From: Mobula hypostoma
Lineage: Eukaryota
Length of the DNA stretch: 64,000 bases
Direction of reading: 5' to 3'
Assembly (NCBI RefSeq): GCF_963921235.1
Contig: NC_086107.1
Coordinates: 98,394,001 to 98,458,000 of the forward strand
Shown here: positions 13,849 to 26,193 of the stretch, one piece after another
Position numbering within the stretch: position 1 is the stretch's first letter
Layout: each line of letters opens with the position of its first letter
Notes under the pieces: model-generated
Database searches by the model: none
The model's input: only the letters and a program-made list of their open reading frames with translations
Told to the model about the DNA's origin: nothing
Translations under genes and position numbers: made by a program

Positions 13849-14626
13849 CTGTGTGTTGTATAATCTAGTCTATATATTTTAGATATTATACTGGAAATGC
13901 ATTCTGTGTGTAACATTGATAAAATATATATTGTTATTGGTAGGTTATATATCATATTGATAGGTTAATAGGTCATTGTAAATTGTGTCATGATTAGGCT
14001 GGAATTAAACTGAGGGTTGCTGGGAGGCGTGGCTCGAAGGGCTGTATGTCAATAAATAAGGGAATAATCTCCAGATTGGAATATTGCATTATGTGTTATT
14101 TGTTAACAGTACAGTTTGTGTACAATATTTTATACCATTCACCGAATGTGTTAGTTTCTGCGTTTCTGTATGAGGAGTTAAGAAATACACGGCTATACGG
14201 GATGTCGGAACTCTGGATAGAGGTGGTACCTTGGATGTCTGGCAGCTGCACTCTACCTAGTAGGGAGGACGAACATCTCTGGTCCTCATCCATCTCCCAA
14301 ATCTCTCACGTCTGCCTCCTAGTGGCACACCCCGGTACACCCCCTCGGCTGGCGGGCTAAACGACGTGAGCGGGGTGGCGTTAACACGGCACCACTGGGT
14401 GACGGACCGTGTCGATGAAGTCACTGGCCAGGGCAGATAAGTTCCCTGAAGAACTACAACAGCCAACTGTTCAAGACCGGGGTGAGCCACCAAGCTGAAG
14501 GACATCGGCTGTGGTCTGGCCTGGAGAGGGGTAGGCACCGCCAAGCCCAAGACACACTAGAGAACCCCTACAACCCATGAAATATGTTGCAGGATCCAAA
14601 CCGAACCATACGTATGTATAGTCTAA

Positions 14627-14985
14627 GGGTGGCAGCATGGAGATTTGCCTCTGCCAAAGGAGGTGTAGGGCGCTCCTTCCCTCTGCTACCCTGCAGGTCA
14701 CTCTTGAGCAAGATGAGCACCTGCTTAGCCCCCGATCAGGGTCACGTGAAGCCACGGGATCAGGTCGTATGAGCAGCTGGTGCATGTCACAAGTCCTGGT
14801 TATGCGACCACTGACGCCAGGCAGACAATCGCTAAAGAGTATTGATAATGGCTGGAGTCACCTGCCTTGTAAAGGCACTGCCCAGAAGGTGACAATGGCA
14901 AACCCCTTCTGTAGAAAAAAATTTGCCAAGAAAAATCATGGTCAAAACTATGATCGCCCACGTTATACAATATGGCTCATATTGA
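14627..14985 (+). mobile_element. Short element with RTE/BovB-like tail
   Basis: Family copy of 7644-7955. Confidence 0.7.
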
Positions 14986-15719
14986 AGCAACAGATATGCT
15001 TCAAGACTGTAAATACAATCTCCCTCATCGTCTGAAGCCTCATTACTTAATACTTGAACCAACCAGAAAAATCCCAATCACTATAGATCAGCGACACCGT
15101 GGCCTCTTTGACCTCTTTGCACTAAAATGGACTTAATGATGATGCCACAGGACAGGGCACTGAGATATAGTCTGTGTGTTGCATTTCACTTTGGTACGAT
15201 CTTCACTGGAATTTCTACAGTTCATATAGTGTGTACATCAACTGTACTCTGCTGGGAGACTGCACCGTCAATTGTGGGACATGTCATTCAGGGATGATAT
15301 ATATGCTTGTTCTTTGGTGTGAATATGCTTCTTTCCTCGCCGTTTTGAACACGCTGGGTACCATTTGTGTCTTGGCCCAGAGGAACGCTGTTTCGTTCAA
15401 CTGTGTCCATGCATGGTTGAGTGACAATTAAACTTGATTTGATTTGGTTTATTTTGTGGCATGCAGATCAGACTATTCTGCGGCACGCATATTGCTTTAC
15501 GATTATTGACCGCTGACTGATCTCTTGAGATTTGCACAGCCAGTACATTAAAGCACTCGCTCATTTAGGGTATTGTCCGGAATATTAAACTGGCTCCTGG
15601 CTCCTTTTTTTGTATATCGTGTTCTATGGGAGAGTATTACAACTGAGCTTATGTTCTACATTAGACTGCAGCGTCTGCCGTAAGGTGTTTTGTTTTACTG
15701 GCTGTGTTAACTTATTTAA

Positions 15720-15995
15720 TGTGTTGGCGCCTGGCCAAGTGGTTAAGGCGTTCGTCTAGTGATCTGAAGGTCTCTAGTTCAAGCCTCGGCTGAGGTGGGG
15801 TGTTGTGTCCTTGAGCAAGGCACTTAACCACACATTGCGCTGCGACAACACCGGTGCCAAGCTGTATGGGTCCTAATACCCTTCCCTTGGACAACATCGG
15901 TGGCATGGAGAGGGGAGACTTGCAGCATGGGCAACTGCTGGTCTTCCATACAAACTAGTCAAACTAGTCTTCTCACGAGACTAACGGATGCCTAT
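15720..15995 (+). mobile_element. tRNA-derived SINE with CORE-like segment
   Basis: Box A TGGCCAAGTGG, box B GTTCAAGCC; homologous to 3267-3553. Confidence 0.8.
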
Positions 15996-16130
15996 AAATA
16001 TTATATATTACTTTTATTTAACTTATGTCGAAGTTGGATATTGCATGCAGTAACTATACAATTACACATCCGACTGTCCCATCCTCTCTGGTGATTAATT
16101 CCTGGCTCACTTGAACAGTGCTCCACTCAC

Positions 16131-16636
16131 CAGCCATCACTGTTGCTGCTCTTTGCCGTGAACCTTTCCGCAGAATTCACTGAGAAGAGCTGGTCATCTG
16201 GGGACAGCGGTGCTTTCGGAATGTTGTAGAGCGGGTGCTGAAACAGTGCCGCCAGTTTCGATGCGTCCTGCCTGTTGGGATCCCGCTGCAAATTGCCGTC
16301 AAGTTCAGGGGCCGACCTCGGAGATGGCTTGCCCGGGAGAGGCTGGCTTCCGCCACCTGAATCCCTAGCCTTTCCCGGGGACTGAGATGTGCGGCTCAGC
16401 GTCCCAATGCTGGCAAATTTCTGCAGCTCGCTGTTCGCCTTTGACGACAGCCGGTTTGAGAGCGAGTGGCCCCCCTGTATGCCAGGGCTACAGATTTGTA
16501 CATTTACCTCCTGGACAGGCAGCAGGCCGATCAGGATGTGCAGCACCAGGCTGATCAGAATTAAAAACAGATACACCGTTTTGGATTTCCAGAACGCCAA
16601 AGCCGGGATTCTTCGATACATTGCAGCCAACTCCAT
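16131..16636 (-). CDS. FAM20C-like Golgi/secretory kinase, coding exon 1
   Basis: N-terminal hydrophobic anchor TVYLFLILISLVLHILIGLLP and the segment SKLAALFQHPLY...LFSVNS...W resemble FAM20C exon 1. Donor TG|GTGAGT at 16131/16130 (phase 2). Start could be 16636 or 16621. Confidence 0.92.
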
Positions 16637-17159
16637 GAAACCCCGAGTCAGAGCTCTCAGCGCACGATCGACCTGCTTTCCTCACACACCAGTGGCTGTC
16701 TCATGCCCAGCGGCAAAAGGCGGTCAAGCTGGCTACATCCGAGGTGCATGGCTGAAGTTTGTTTACTACAACCCTGGTCAGTTTGACCGTCCCGACTTAT
16801 CACTCTGCAAACAAAGAGGAGCTCCCTGGTCAAAGGTAGGCGCAGTTCACCATGTCAAGTCTCAGCTGAAACAACAACCATTATCAGAACAGAGAATCGA
16901 CCCAGGCTCGGTGAGGAGCATTGAAGGGGATGCTGTGTTGTTACAGCTCAGAGATCTAAAGATAGCACACCAGCATGGTGAAGGGCTACGTGCAGGTTAA
17001 ACGCAAACAGGGCGAGCGGGGGATAGAGCTGAACGACCTCTCAGCCAATAGATCACAAGGCAGAGCAGGCGTACCTTGTCTTTTCATGAATGGCAACGGA
17101 TAGTTAAATACGGTAGTTAAAAGGTGATGGTGTATCCAACATTATCCCCATCTCCAGTG

Positions 17160-17299
17160 CAACACTCACAACACGCTGGAGGAACTCAGCAGGTCGGGCA
17201 GCATCCGTGGAAAGGATCGGTCGACTTTTCGGGCCGGAACCCTTCATCAGGACTGTTGTGAGTGTTGCTTTGATCCCAGCATCTGCAGATTATTTTGTG
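17160..17299. mobile_element. 140 bp Penelope-derived mini-element with 15 bp TSD
   Basis: TCCCCATCTCCAGTG at 17145-17159 and 17300-17314; contains an inverted terminal segment and a hammerhead-like core on the minus strand. Confidence 0.8.
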
Positions 17300-18194
17300 T
17301 CCCCATCTCCAGTGGTAGGAGGACCCGGTCTAAGAGTGTTAAAGACCAGGCTGAAGAACTCACAGTTATGTTCACCTCAAGGTGCTGAGGAGATTAGATT
17401 AGATTAGATTATAAAGACACGCAGTCCTCCTTTATTGTCATTTAGTAATGCACGCATTAAGAAATGATACAATGTTCCTCCGGTGTGATATCACAGAAAC
17501 ACAAGACAAACCAAGACTGAAAAACTGACAAAACCCACATAATTATAGCATATAGTTACAACAGTGCAAAGCAATACCATAATTTGATAAAGAACAGACC
17601 ATGGGCACAGTAAAAAAAAAGTCTCAAAGTCTCTTAAAAGTCCCATCATCTCACGCAGATGGTAGAAGGAAGAGAAACTCTCCCTGCCATGAGCTTCCAG
17701 CGCCGCAAACTTGCCGATGCAGCATCCTGGAAGCACCGACCACAGCCCACTCTTGAATCCATCCGAAAACTTCGAGCCTCCGACCAGCCCTCCGACACCG
17801 AGCACCATCTCTGCCGAGTGCTTCGACCCTGGCCCCAGCAACAGGCAATAGGCAAAGCCGAGGATTTGGGGCCTTCCCCTCCGGAGATTCTCGATCGCAC
17901 AGTAGCAGCAGCAGCGAAGCGGGCGTTTCAGAAGTTTCTCCAGATGTTCCTCCGTGCTTGTCACGTCTGTCTCCATCAAATCAGGATTGTGCACGGCCTC
18001 TACTTAACAAATACGATAACACTGAACAACAAAGATTTTGTTTCCCGAATACTTTTAGGTGTATCTTACGGATTTTGGGCTGATGATCATGACAATCACC
18101 ATGAAACATCCCTATCATGCACCATTTTTGGAAATCCCTATATTTGTTATTACAATTCATAATTCAAGTCAGAATAACTGATGCCAAGATTAAG

Positions 18195-18590
18195 ACCATA
18201 AGATATTGGAGCAGAATTGGGCCATTTGGCCTATTGAGTCTGATCCAATTTTCCTCTCAGCTCCAATCTCCCAACCTCCCCGTATCCCTTCATTTTCTGA
18301 CCAATCAAGAATCTGTCAACCTCTGCCTTAAATATACATAAAGATTTGGCCTCCACAGCTGCCTGTGGCAACGAATTCCACAGATTCACCACTCTCTGAC
18401 TAAAGAAATTCCTCTTCACTTCCATTCTAAACGAATGTCCCTCTATTTTGAGGCAGTATCCTCTGGTCTTAGACTCTTCCACTATTGGAAACATCCTCTC
18501 CACATCCACTTTACCAAGGCCTTTCGCCATTCGATAGGTTTCAATTAGGTCAGCCCTTATTCTTCTGAATTCTAGTGACTACAGGCCCTT
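18195..18590 (-). mobile_element. CR1 (HER1-like) LINE 3' end
   Basis: KTRGYCLKIEGHSFRMEVKRNFFSQRVVNLWNSLPQ plus characteristic tail. Confidence 0.85.
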
Positions 18591-19235
18591 CACGTTTAAG
18601 GAAGGTATTTTTGTCAGTCCACAAATCAAACTGATCATCAATGACAGGTAATTCAAAGAACTTCTAGTGGGACCGGAGAAAATCACATGGAAGGTATTCA
18701 AGGATGTAGTTCAAAGTTTTCTTGGCAACTACAGAGGACCAAACTACGTGCAGCTGGTTGACAACGTGCTTCAAGCATACAAAACCATGAAGTGCAACAT
18801 GTCACTAAAGGTTCATTTTCTGCATTCCCATTTTGACTTCATCCCTGCAAATCTTCACGCTGTAAGTGACGAGCATGGTGACAGATTTCATCAGGATATT
18901 GTTGTCATGAAGAAACAGTATCAGGGCAACTGGAATCCATCAATACTTGTTGATTATTGTTGGACACAAAGTGAGAAGCCTTAGACACTGAGTACAAATG
19001 AAAATCATCAACAAAATGATTTTGGCTTAAGTAAACTATTGCAAAGTGTCAGCACTATTATGCAATTAAATACATTATATTCGATAAAAGTTAATTTCTT
19101 TGTTTCTCTGAAGTTCTACGTGATACTAATACAAGTAGTTTGAAATTACACTTGTGTTCAGCTTCAAGCGGTCGATCATAAACGAAAAAAATTCTGAAGA
19201 AGCAACACTGTACAAAGATGTATTGTCCTTTGTAA
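18590..19235 (+). mobile_element. DNA transposon 3' fragment, Chapaev3-like (CMC) transposase
   Basis: KEGIFVSPQI, MSLKVHFLHSHFDFIPANLHAVSDEHGDRFHQDI, DYCW motifs. Family name is from memory. Confidence 0.65.
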
Positions 19236-20479
19236 TATGTCTCAGCTTTCTCTTGAGAACCTCATTACCACAGAAATGGTGGTTGTCCATCGTGTCTGAC
19301 AATGGCAGGAGACCTGTGCAGGAAAGTTCTTAAAGTGGAAAAGCTGTTGCACTGGGCAGGTCCACTCTCTCGACCTCAGAAGTCCGGGTCCAGCGGTATG
19401 AACAAATGCCACAGACTGGGGTCTTCCTTGGCTGTAGTGGATGACCATGATGTCTTCTGCGCCTTGTCGTGCCCTTTGCTCTCCACAGAGCATTGTAGTA
19501 CTGCCTTCCTAGCCGTTGGATGCCACTGTAGATCTCATCCGCCCAGGTCGCTGGAGATCACTCAACGTGCTGGTTCAGGCACATCCCTACCTCACTGAGG
19601 CAAATGGTTCCCTCAGCTGGTTTAGCTGACCCGTTGAAGTGGTATATCGAAGTGTGGCTGCTGTCACGTGTACACAGCTACTGGGGGTCACAGGAGAGAG
19701 GTGAGTGTGCGGGGTGACCAAAGGTAAGTGAGCAGCCCTGGACACAACAAGCTCCTTCACCAGTGATGCTACTCCTCTCTGGACAACCCGTACACCCCAC
19801 CACAGAGATGGTCTCAGCTAATTATCTTCACTCCTAGAGCATCCGGACATAGTGAGGGCACGGGTTTCAGCAAAGACAGCAGGACTGAATGGCACCCGGC
19901 TTTTGTACCAGGGAACTTCACTCCAGATCTAGCTGTGCCTCCAGCCAGCCTGTTCCAGTGAAGTTACAACATTGACACCCACCCTAACCCTGGATACAGT
20001 TGCTGTTCATAAACCTCAGGATGCCCAATCGCGTCTCCTCCACTACAACCTGATCAGCCTACCCTCAGTCAGCAGCACGGTGACGGTCGGAGATGCTGAC
20101 GATGCTTTCAATGGCACAAACTCACCAAGGACCATTCGTCACCACCCACAGCGTGGCAGTTAGCGCGACCCTATTACAGCTCAGAGTGTCGGAGTTCAGA
20201 GTTCAATTCCAGCTCTCTCTGTAAGGATCTGAACGTCCTCCCTATGGAATGTGTGGGTTTCCTCTGGGTGCTCCGGTTTCCTCCAACAGTCCAAAGATGT
20301 ACCATTTAGTAATAGTAATAATAATAATAATAAAAAATACTTTATTGATCCCGAGTGGGGAATTCTTTCGTTACAGCAGCAACATTAAAAAACGCACTGA
20401 GCAGTGTGCAGACTTAACTAATAATAAAGTACAGAATAATAATATACACAATAATAATGTACCAATGTACAATAATATA

Positions 20480-20830
20480 AGAACATAAGAAATAGGAACA
20501 GGAGTAGGACATCAGGCCTGTCGAGCCTACTCCACCATTCAATAAGGTCATGGCTGATCTGACCAAAGACTCATCTCCATCTACCTGCCTTTTCCCCATA
20601 AACCTTAATTCCCCTACTATACAAAAATCTATCCTTGCCTTAAATATATTTACTGAGGTAGCCTCCACTGCTTCATTGGGCAAAGAATTTCACAGATTCA
20701 CCACTCTCTGGGAAAAGCAGTTGCTCCTCATCTCCGTCCTAAATCTACTCCCCCGAATCTGAGGCAACGTCTCCTAGTTCTAGTCTCACCTACCAGTGGA
20801 AACAACTTTCCTGCCTCTATCACGTCTATC
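20480..20830 (-). mobile_element. CR1 LINE 3' end nested in Rex1-like/V-SINE debris
   Basis: FSQRVVNLxNSLPNEAVEATSVNIFK; (TAAGAACA) tail on the plus strand. Confidence 0.8.
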
Positions 20831-21208
20831 CCTTTCATATCTCTATAAGTTTCTATAAGTTCTGTTAATGTGCAATAATTATGAAAAATGAAACAGACTA
20901 TTGTACTATGATGTGTGTTCTCCTGTTGCACAGAGATGAATTGTTGTATATGCTTATTGCATTTAGTAGGAAAGATTTTCTGTAACGATCCTTATGACAG
21001 CGGAACTGAATGAGTCTGTTTGAAAGGGTGCTCCGCTACTTACACAGTAGCTCATGGAGAGGATGTGCCTGATTGTCCATAATGGATAACAGTTTGTATA
21101 GTGACCTCCTCTCCACCACTAATTCAAAAGAGTCGGGGTTGAAGCCAAGGACGGATCCAATAGGTTAATTCGTCACTGTAAATTAGCTCGTGATTAGGCT
21201 CAGGCTAA

Positions 21209-21960
21209 AGGCTGATTTATACTTGTGTGTACTAGTTTACGCCGTAGCCTATGCAAGTGGGCTACGCCGTTGTGAGCATTTATACTTGTGCGTTGGTGTG
21301 TCTGCGTCGCTCTGCAATTCACTGCCAAAACGCTAGTTGGCGGTGGGGTTTCTATGCCACTGTGTTGGGTTTCTTCATGTTCAAACTCAACACGAAGAAA
21401 CTCAAACTTCAAACAATGGTGACTGGAACTGAAGGAGGGTAAACTTTCTGTTCTTGTCTGGCCTCTGAGACATAGACGAGGAAATGCATTTCAAATATTT
21501 TCGGATGTCGGCAGGTAGATTTGACAATTTGGTTCATCGTCTCCAACCATTTATTTCGCATCGGTGTACGCACAGTATACTCAGAGACCGGCAATCACCA
21601 TTCGAGTTTTCACTTCAGGTGGAAGTCAACAGGCTGTAGCAGCTAGCTACAAACTGGCGTCAAGCACAGGGTCCTCCATAATTTTGGAGGTCTGTAAAGC
21701 TTTATGGAAAGCATTGCAGCCAGAGTTCCTTCCCTGCCCTTCAGTCGCCCAGTGGGAAGCTGTTGCAGCGTAGGAGGAAATGCGATGCTACCAAGTGGAC
21801 CAATCACAGTTGTTGTGGTCTGTGTCGCCGCGACGCGTAGTTACGTTATGGGAGAGGTGTGCGTTAGGCTACGGCGTAGGGTTCAGCATAGATACAGCGT
21901 AGGGTTCGCGGCTACACTGTACCTACGGCGTACATTTGACGCACAAGTATAAATCGGCCT
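21209..21960 (+). mobile_element. Internally deleted PIF/Harbinger DNA transposon
   Basis: TIRs AGGCTGATTTATACTTGTG / CACAAGTATAAATCGGCCT; TAA/TTA flanks; transposase remnants FKYFRMS and [26 protein letters not shown]...VCKALW. Confidence 0.85.
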
Positions 21961-22619
21961 TTAATTGGGGAATTGCTGGGTGGCGTGGCTCAAAGGGCCG
22001 GTAGGGACTATTCCGCACTGTGTCTCCATAAATAAATTAATGAGGTTTCATCAGCATTCTTCACTCCAGACCTCACCATGGCCTTGGTTCGAATATGTAA
22101 AAATTTTCTCAACTCCTCCACAGATGAAGCAACCCACACCTACAGAAAACAAAACATGGACATGGACTGTCATGTAGCTGGTAACATCTCCAACAGATGG
22201 CATTATCTTGGCTGTCCCTGACCATTAACATCCTGGGAGTCGTCACTGACCAGAAATTCAACTGGACCAGTCTCATAAATGTCAGCAAGATGCAACCAGA
22301 GGTAAAGTAGCCTGTGGCGAATGACTTTCTGTCATCTACAAGGTGCTGGTCAGGAGAGTGATGGAATCTTGTTCATCGACCTGACTAAAGCAATTCCAAC
22401 AACAGTAATGAACCTGACTTCATCCATTTGATTGGCATTCCAACCACTCCCTCAAATGTTCATTCCCCGCATCACTGCAGCTGTCATCTGTTGTACCCAG
22501 CAATACCCCCCAAACTTGCAACCTCTGTGGCCAAGGTCAAGAACTCTAGTTGCATGAAAACACCACCACCTGCAGGATCCTCTCCAAGTTGCATACTGTC
22601 CTGACTTGGAAACGTATTA

Positions 22620-23135
22620 AACACGAGGAAGTCTGCAGACGCTGGACGTCCAAAGAAACACACACAAAATGCTGGAGGAACTCAGCAGGTCAGGCAGCGT
22701 CTAAGGAAATGAATATGGAAAAGTTAATGTTTCAAGCCAAGACCCTTATGGTCCGTCTGAGTAGTCTCCAACCTGATGGCAGGAATATCTATTTCTCCTT
22801 CCGGTAAACAACCCCCCCCCCCCCCACCCCGGCTTCTATTCCTTACTTTGACCTTTTACCTTTTCTCACTTGGCTATTACTCCCTGAGTCGATCCCCTCC
22901 TCCTTTCCTTTCTCCCATGGTCTGCTCTCCTCTTCTATCAGATTCTTTCTTCTCCAGACCGTAACTTTTCCCATCCACCTGGCTTCACCTGTCACCTCCC
23001 AGCTAGCCTCTTTCCCCTTCCTCCTTCCTTCTCAGTCCTGAAGAAAGGTCTCAGCCCAAAATGTCAATGATCGATTCATTTCCATAGACACTGCCTGACC
23101 TGCTGAATTCCTCCAGCATTTTGTGTGTGCTGCTT
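22620..23135 (+). mobile_element. Penelope-like remnant with inverted upstream terminal repeat
   Basis: Inverted terminal repeat 22620-22745, then RLSSLQPDG, pyrimidine-rich UTR and sense terminal repeat. Confidence 0.75.
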
Positions 23136-23465
23136 TGGAAATATATTATTGTTGGGTCCAAATCCTGGAAGACCCTCTTAAATAGCATTGCGAAAGCAAC
23201 TTAGCTAGAATCTGATCCTATTAAATGGATTTTTTTTTAAATTGTGCAGTAGGCAATACTTCTGTTCCTTCATACTATCCAAGATGGTGCCGGGTAGGGT
23301 GTCCATGTTGCGAGCTCTGTCTCAACTTTACAGTATACTGTTAATTTCTGCGATTTCCTTCGCATTTCTTGTTCAAGTAGCTGATAGTCACATCAGATAC
23401 GATAGATGTTATATTGACCATCCTGTTGTACACACTTGCAACATGCTGTAGGGTTTCACTGATAA

Positions 23466-23968
23466 TGTAATGGTTTCTCTATAGCAGCAATGTTTGGGTT
23501 ATGACTAGAGATAACGGGGTTTTGGAATGCTGTTGTTCTTTCTCGTGAGTCAGGAAGAGAGATCTTCGCGGTCTTTTGCCGGGGAGAGAAGAGGAGAGGA
23601 GATGCGAATGGAGAGAGTGGGTAGACTGCCGGACGGGGTGGATTTGGAGCGAGGGTCCGAAGGGCAGCGACGATCGGAGGAGGTCGATGGTGGACAACCG
23701 GCTTATCAGTGAGCTCCAATATTGTGCAACAGACTGTTTAATAAGATTGGGCCCTTTTTTTCCATTTCTTTACTAACCATTTAGTCAAAGTAAGAATTAT
23801 AAAGCATAATCATTTAATCGCATATTTTATACTGTTTGTTATTTCGGGGTACTGATTTGTAACAGGGGACACCTCGCGCAGCATCCACCCAAACAAAATT
23901 TCTTAAGTTTGGCCAGGCCGGGGGCTATCAACCCCTAAATTAAGCCACTAGCAGAAGTGAGAGTTACA
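23466..23968. mobile_element. Probable solo LTR
   Basis: TGTAA...TTACA termini, about 500 bp, CpG-containing; no clear TSD. Confidence 0.45.
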
Positions 23969-25942
23969 CACTACTTATTATAAATTACTATAAATTGCAC
24001 ATTGCACACTTGGACGGAGACATAACATAAAGATTTTTACTCCTCGTGTATATGAAGGATGTAAGTAATAAAGTCAATTCAGTTCAAACACTCCAGTGCA
24101 GGACGGTTGAAGATCGACGCCAAGAGCAGTTGATTTTGTGGTGTTCTACCTGACACTTTAGGATTGATACAGCACAGACATGGTGAAGAACAAATGCCAC
24201 CCCAACATCTATAGGATGGTACAGCACATACTAGATACAAAGCAAGTTCTGTTCACCCTGTCTCATAAAAAAGCCAACAATTAGAAATCATGTGTTGGTT
24301 ATCTAGACATAAATTGCTTGATGCTAAAAGAACTAGCCCTGAATTGAAACAATAAAAATAGGAAACTGTTCTGTTTATGAATAGGTGAAATCTTGCTGGA
24401 TTGGGAAAGATTTTAAAGCAAGTTTTCCTCACCTTTTGGCACCAAAGAATAACTATCTTTCTACCAATGTAAGTGTGAATGGTGTGTTGGAAAGAGCCCG
24501 AGAACAGAGAAAGTTCAATTAAGCTCTGGACTTAAGTTATTGAAAAGTCCAGGGTTTTTTAAAAATCATTTTCCCTCGACGTAAAGTAAACAAAATAACT
24601 GCTGCTGATTAGAGTGAGAACCAGTTACTGTACTAGTGCTGCAGAGGACAGCCAGGCAATCACCACTGAAAGCTTCAAACCATTTAATCAGAAGCAGAAT
24701 AGGTGGCGCTTTTGGTGATAATTACTGGCATTCCCAAAGCAAGAAATACAGCAAAATACTTTATTAATAACACTTTTTCTGTAGAAAATTGTGGTAAGTG
24801 ATTGCCACAAACAGTGACGAGGCAAGCGAAGGCGAGGCAGACTCGAGGCTCGAGGCGTGCACGTGCGATGCAAAACCAGAATGAGGTTAGGTCATGTTTA
24901 GGAGAAAAGGTTGGGGTGAGGTCGAGATGGAGTCGGGGCGTGCAAAGCGGAGAAAAGCTGGAGCGGAGGAGTTTCGGAGCCCGGCCGCCCTAAACCGAGA
25001 GCAAGGTTTGATTGGTCTAAGCTCCGGGCCGAAACGTGGTAGCAGGGTCTGGGCCCAGAGTGCCTCGAGTCTTGGAGCAAAGACCGACCTGATGCTGGAC
25101 AACTTATACACCGGGCCAGATGGATTGAAAAGGCAGGGTGTCGGGACCGGAGGTGAGGGTCTGGCTGATTCTGCACACTGATCCACAATGTCGCCTCCAC
25201 CGAGGCCAATGCTGTGGGCCTGCTCCGGGTTTCATCTCTGTGGACTCACTTTCATTCTGAATGTTGCTGCTTGCTTTTATTGTGTGTACGGTTTTGTGTT
25301 TTTTTTTTTAAATCTCTCTCTCTCTATGCACATTACCTGGTTGTTGGTCTTTTTTAATGGGTTCTATTGGGTTTCTTGTTTTGTGGCTGCCTGTAAGGAG
25401 ACAAATCTCAAGGTTTTATAATGTACACATACTTTGATAATAAACGAACTTTGAACTTTAGAATCAGGTTTATTATCACCGACGTAAGTTGTGAAAATTG
25501 TTGTTTTGCAGCAAGTCATAAAGTATAACCAGAAACTTATAAACAGGTTGACGGGACTAAATAACACTGCAGGAATATCCTCCTCATTTTCAGTGAAGTT
25601 TGCTGATGACACAAAGCAGGGTTATCAGAGTCAGCTGTGAGGAGGATGCTGGGAACCTTCTGGGGAAATAGGTTAGGGAACGGGCAAGGGCGCAGTGTAC
25701 AGAAGGTAACGTGAAAACGCGAGATCATGCGCTTTGCATCTTTTACACGATAAGAGATTGAGAAGAGTTGGCATTCAGATAGCCCCGTCTGACCTTGTAC
25801 ATAGATCACGTACATGTACAGCAATTTGTATGGCCTTCTTGGCAATGGAACTGTGTGTTATCAGGACATTGTGAACCAATCTGCTCTCCTAAACTAATAA
25901 AGATGCACTTACAGTCGATAAAGTGGAGTGAAGTTTCATCAG

Positions 25943-26193
25943 GAGCACAAGAAAATCTGCAGAGGCTGGAAATCCAAAGCAACTCACACTCTCACACACA
26001 CACACAATGCCGGAGGAACTCAGCAGGCCGGTCAGCATCTATGGAAAACGTAGATGCTGACTGGGCTGCAGAGTTCCTCCAGCATTTTGTGTGCGTTGCT
26101 TTGGATCCTGAAGGGTCTCGGTCCGAAACGTCGACAGTTTTCTCTCTTCCATAGGTGCTGACTGGCCTGCTGAGTTCTTCCAGCATTCTGTGC
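25943..26193. mobile_element. Palindromic Penelope-derived mini-element
   Basis: Inverted terminal-repeat segments; imperfect TSD GAAGTT(T/C)CATCAG at 25930-25942 and 26194-26206. Confidence 0.65.

Noticed and set aside
12451-13955. ORFs full of X residues
   Set aside because: Artefacts of N runs.
15720-15800. tRNA-like sequence (also 3480-3553 and 12015-12090)
   Set aside because: SINE heads followed by SINE bodies; no complete cloverleaf seen.
16389-17000. 203 aa plus-strand ORF
   Set aside because: Antisense shadow of the FAM20C-like exon; no recognisable domain.
19240-19800. Possible RTE-related repeat (also 59220-59600)
   Set aside because: Looks repetitive, but no protein motif or second copy in the window supports a classification.
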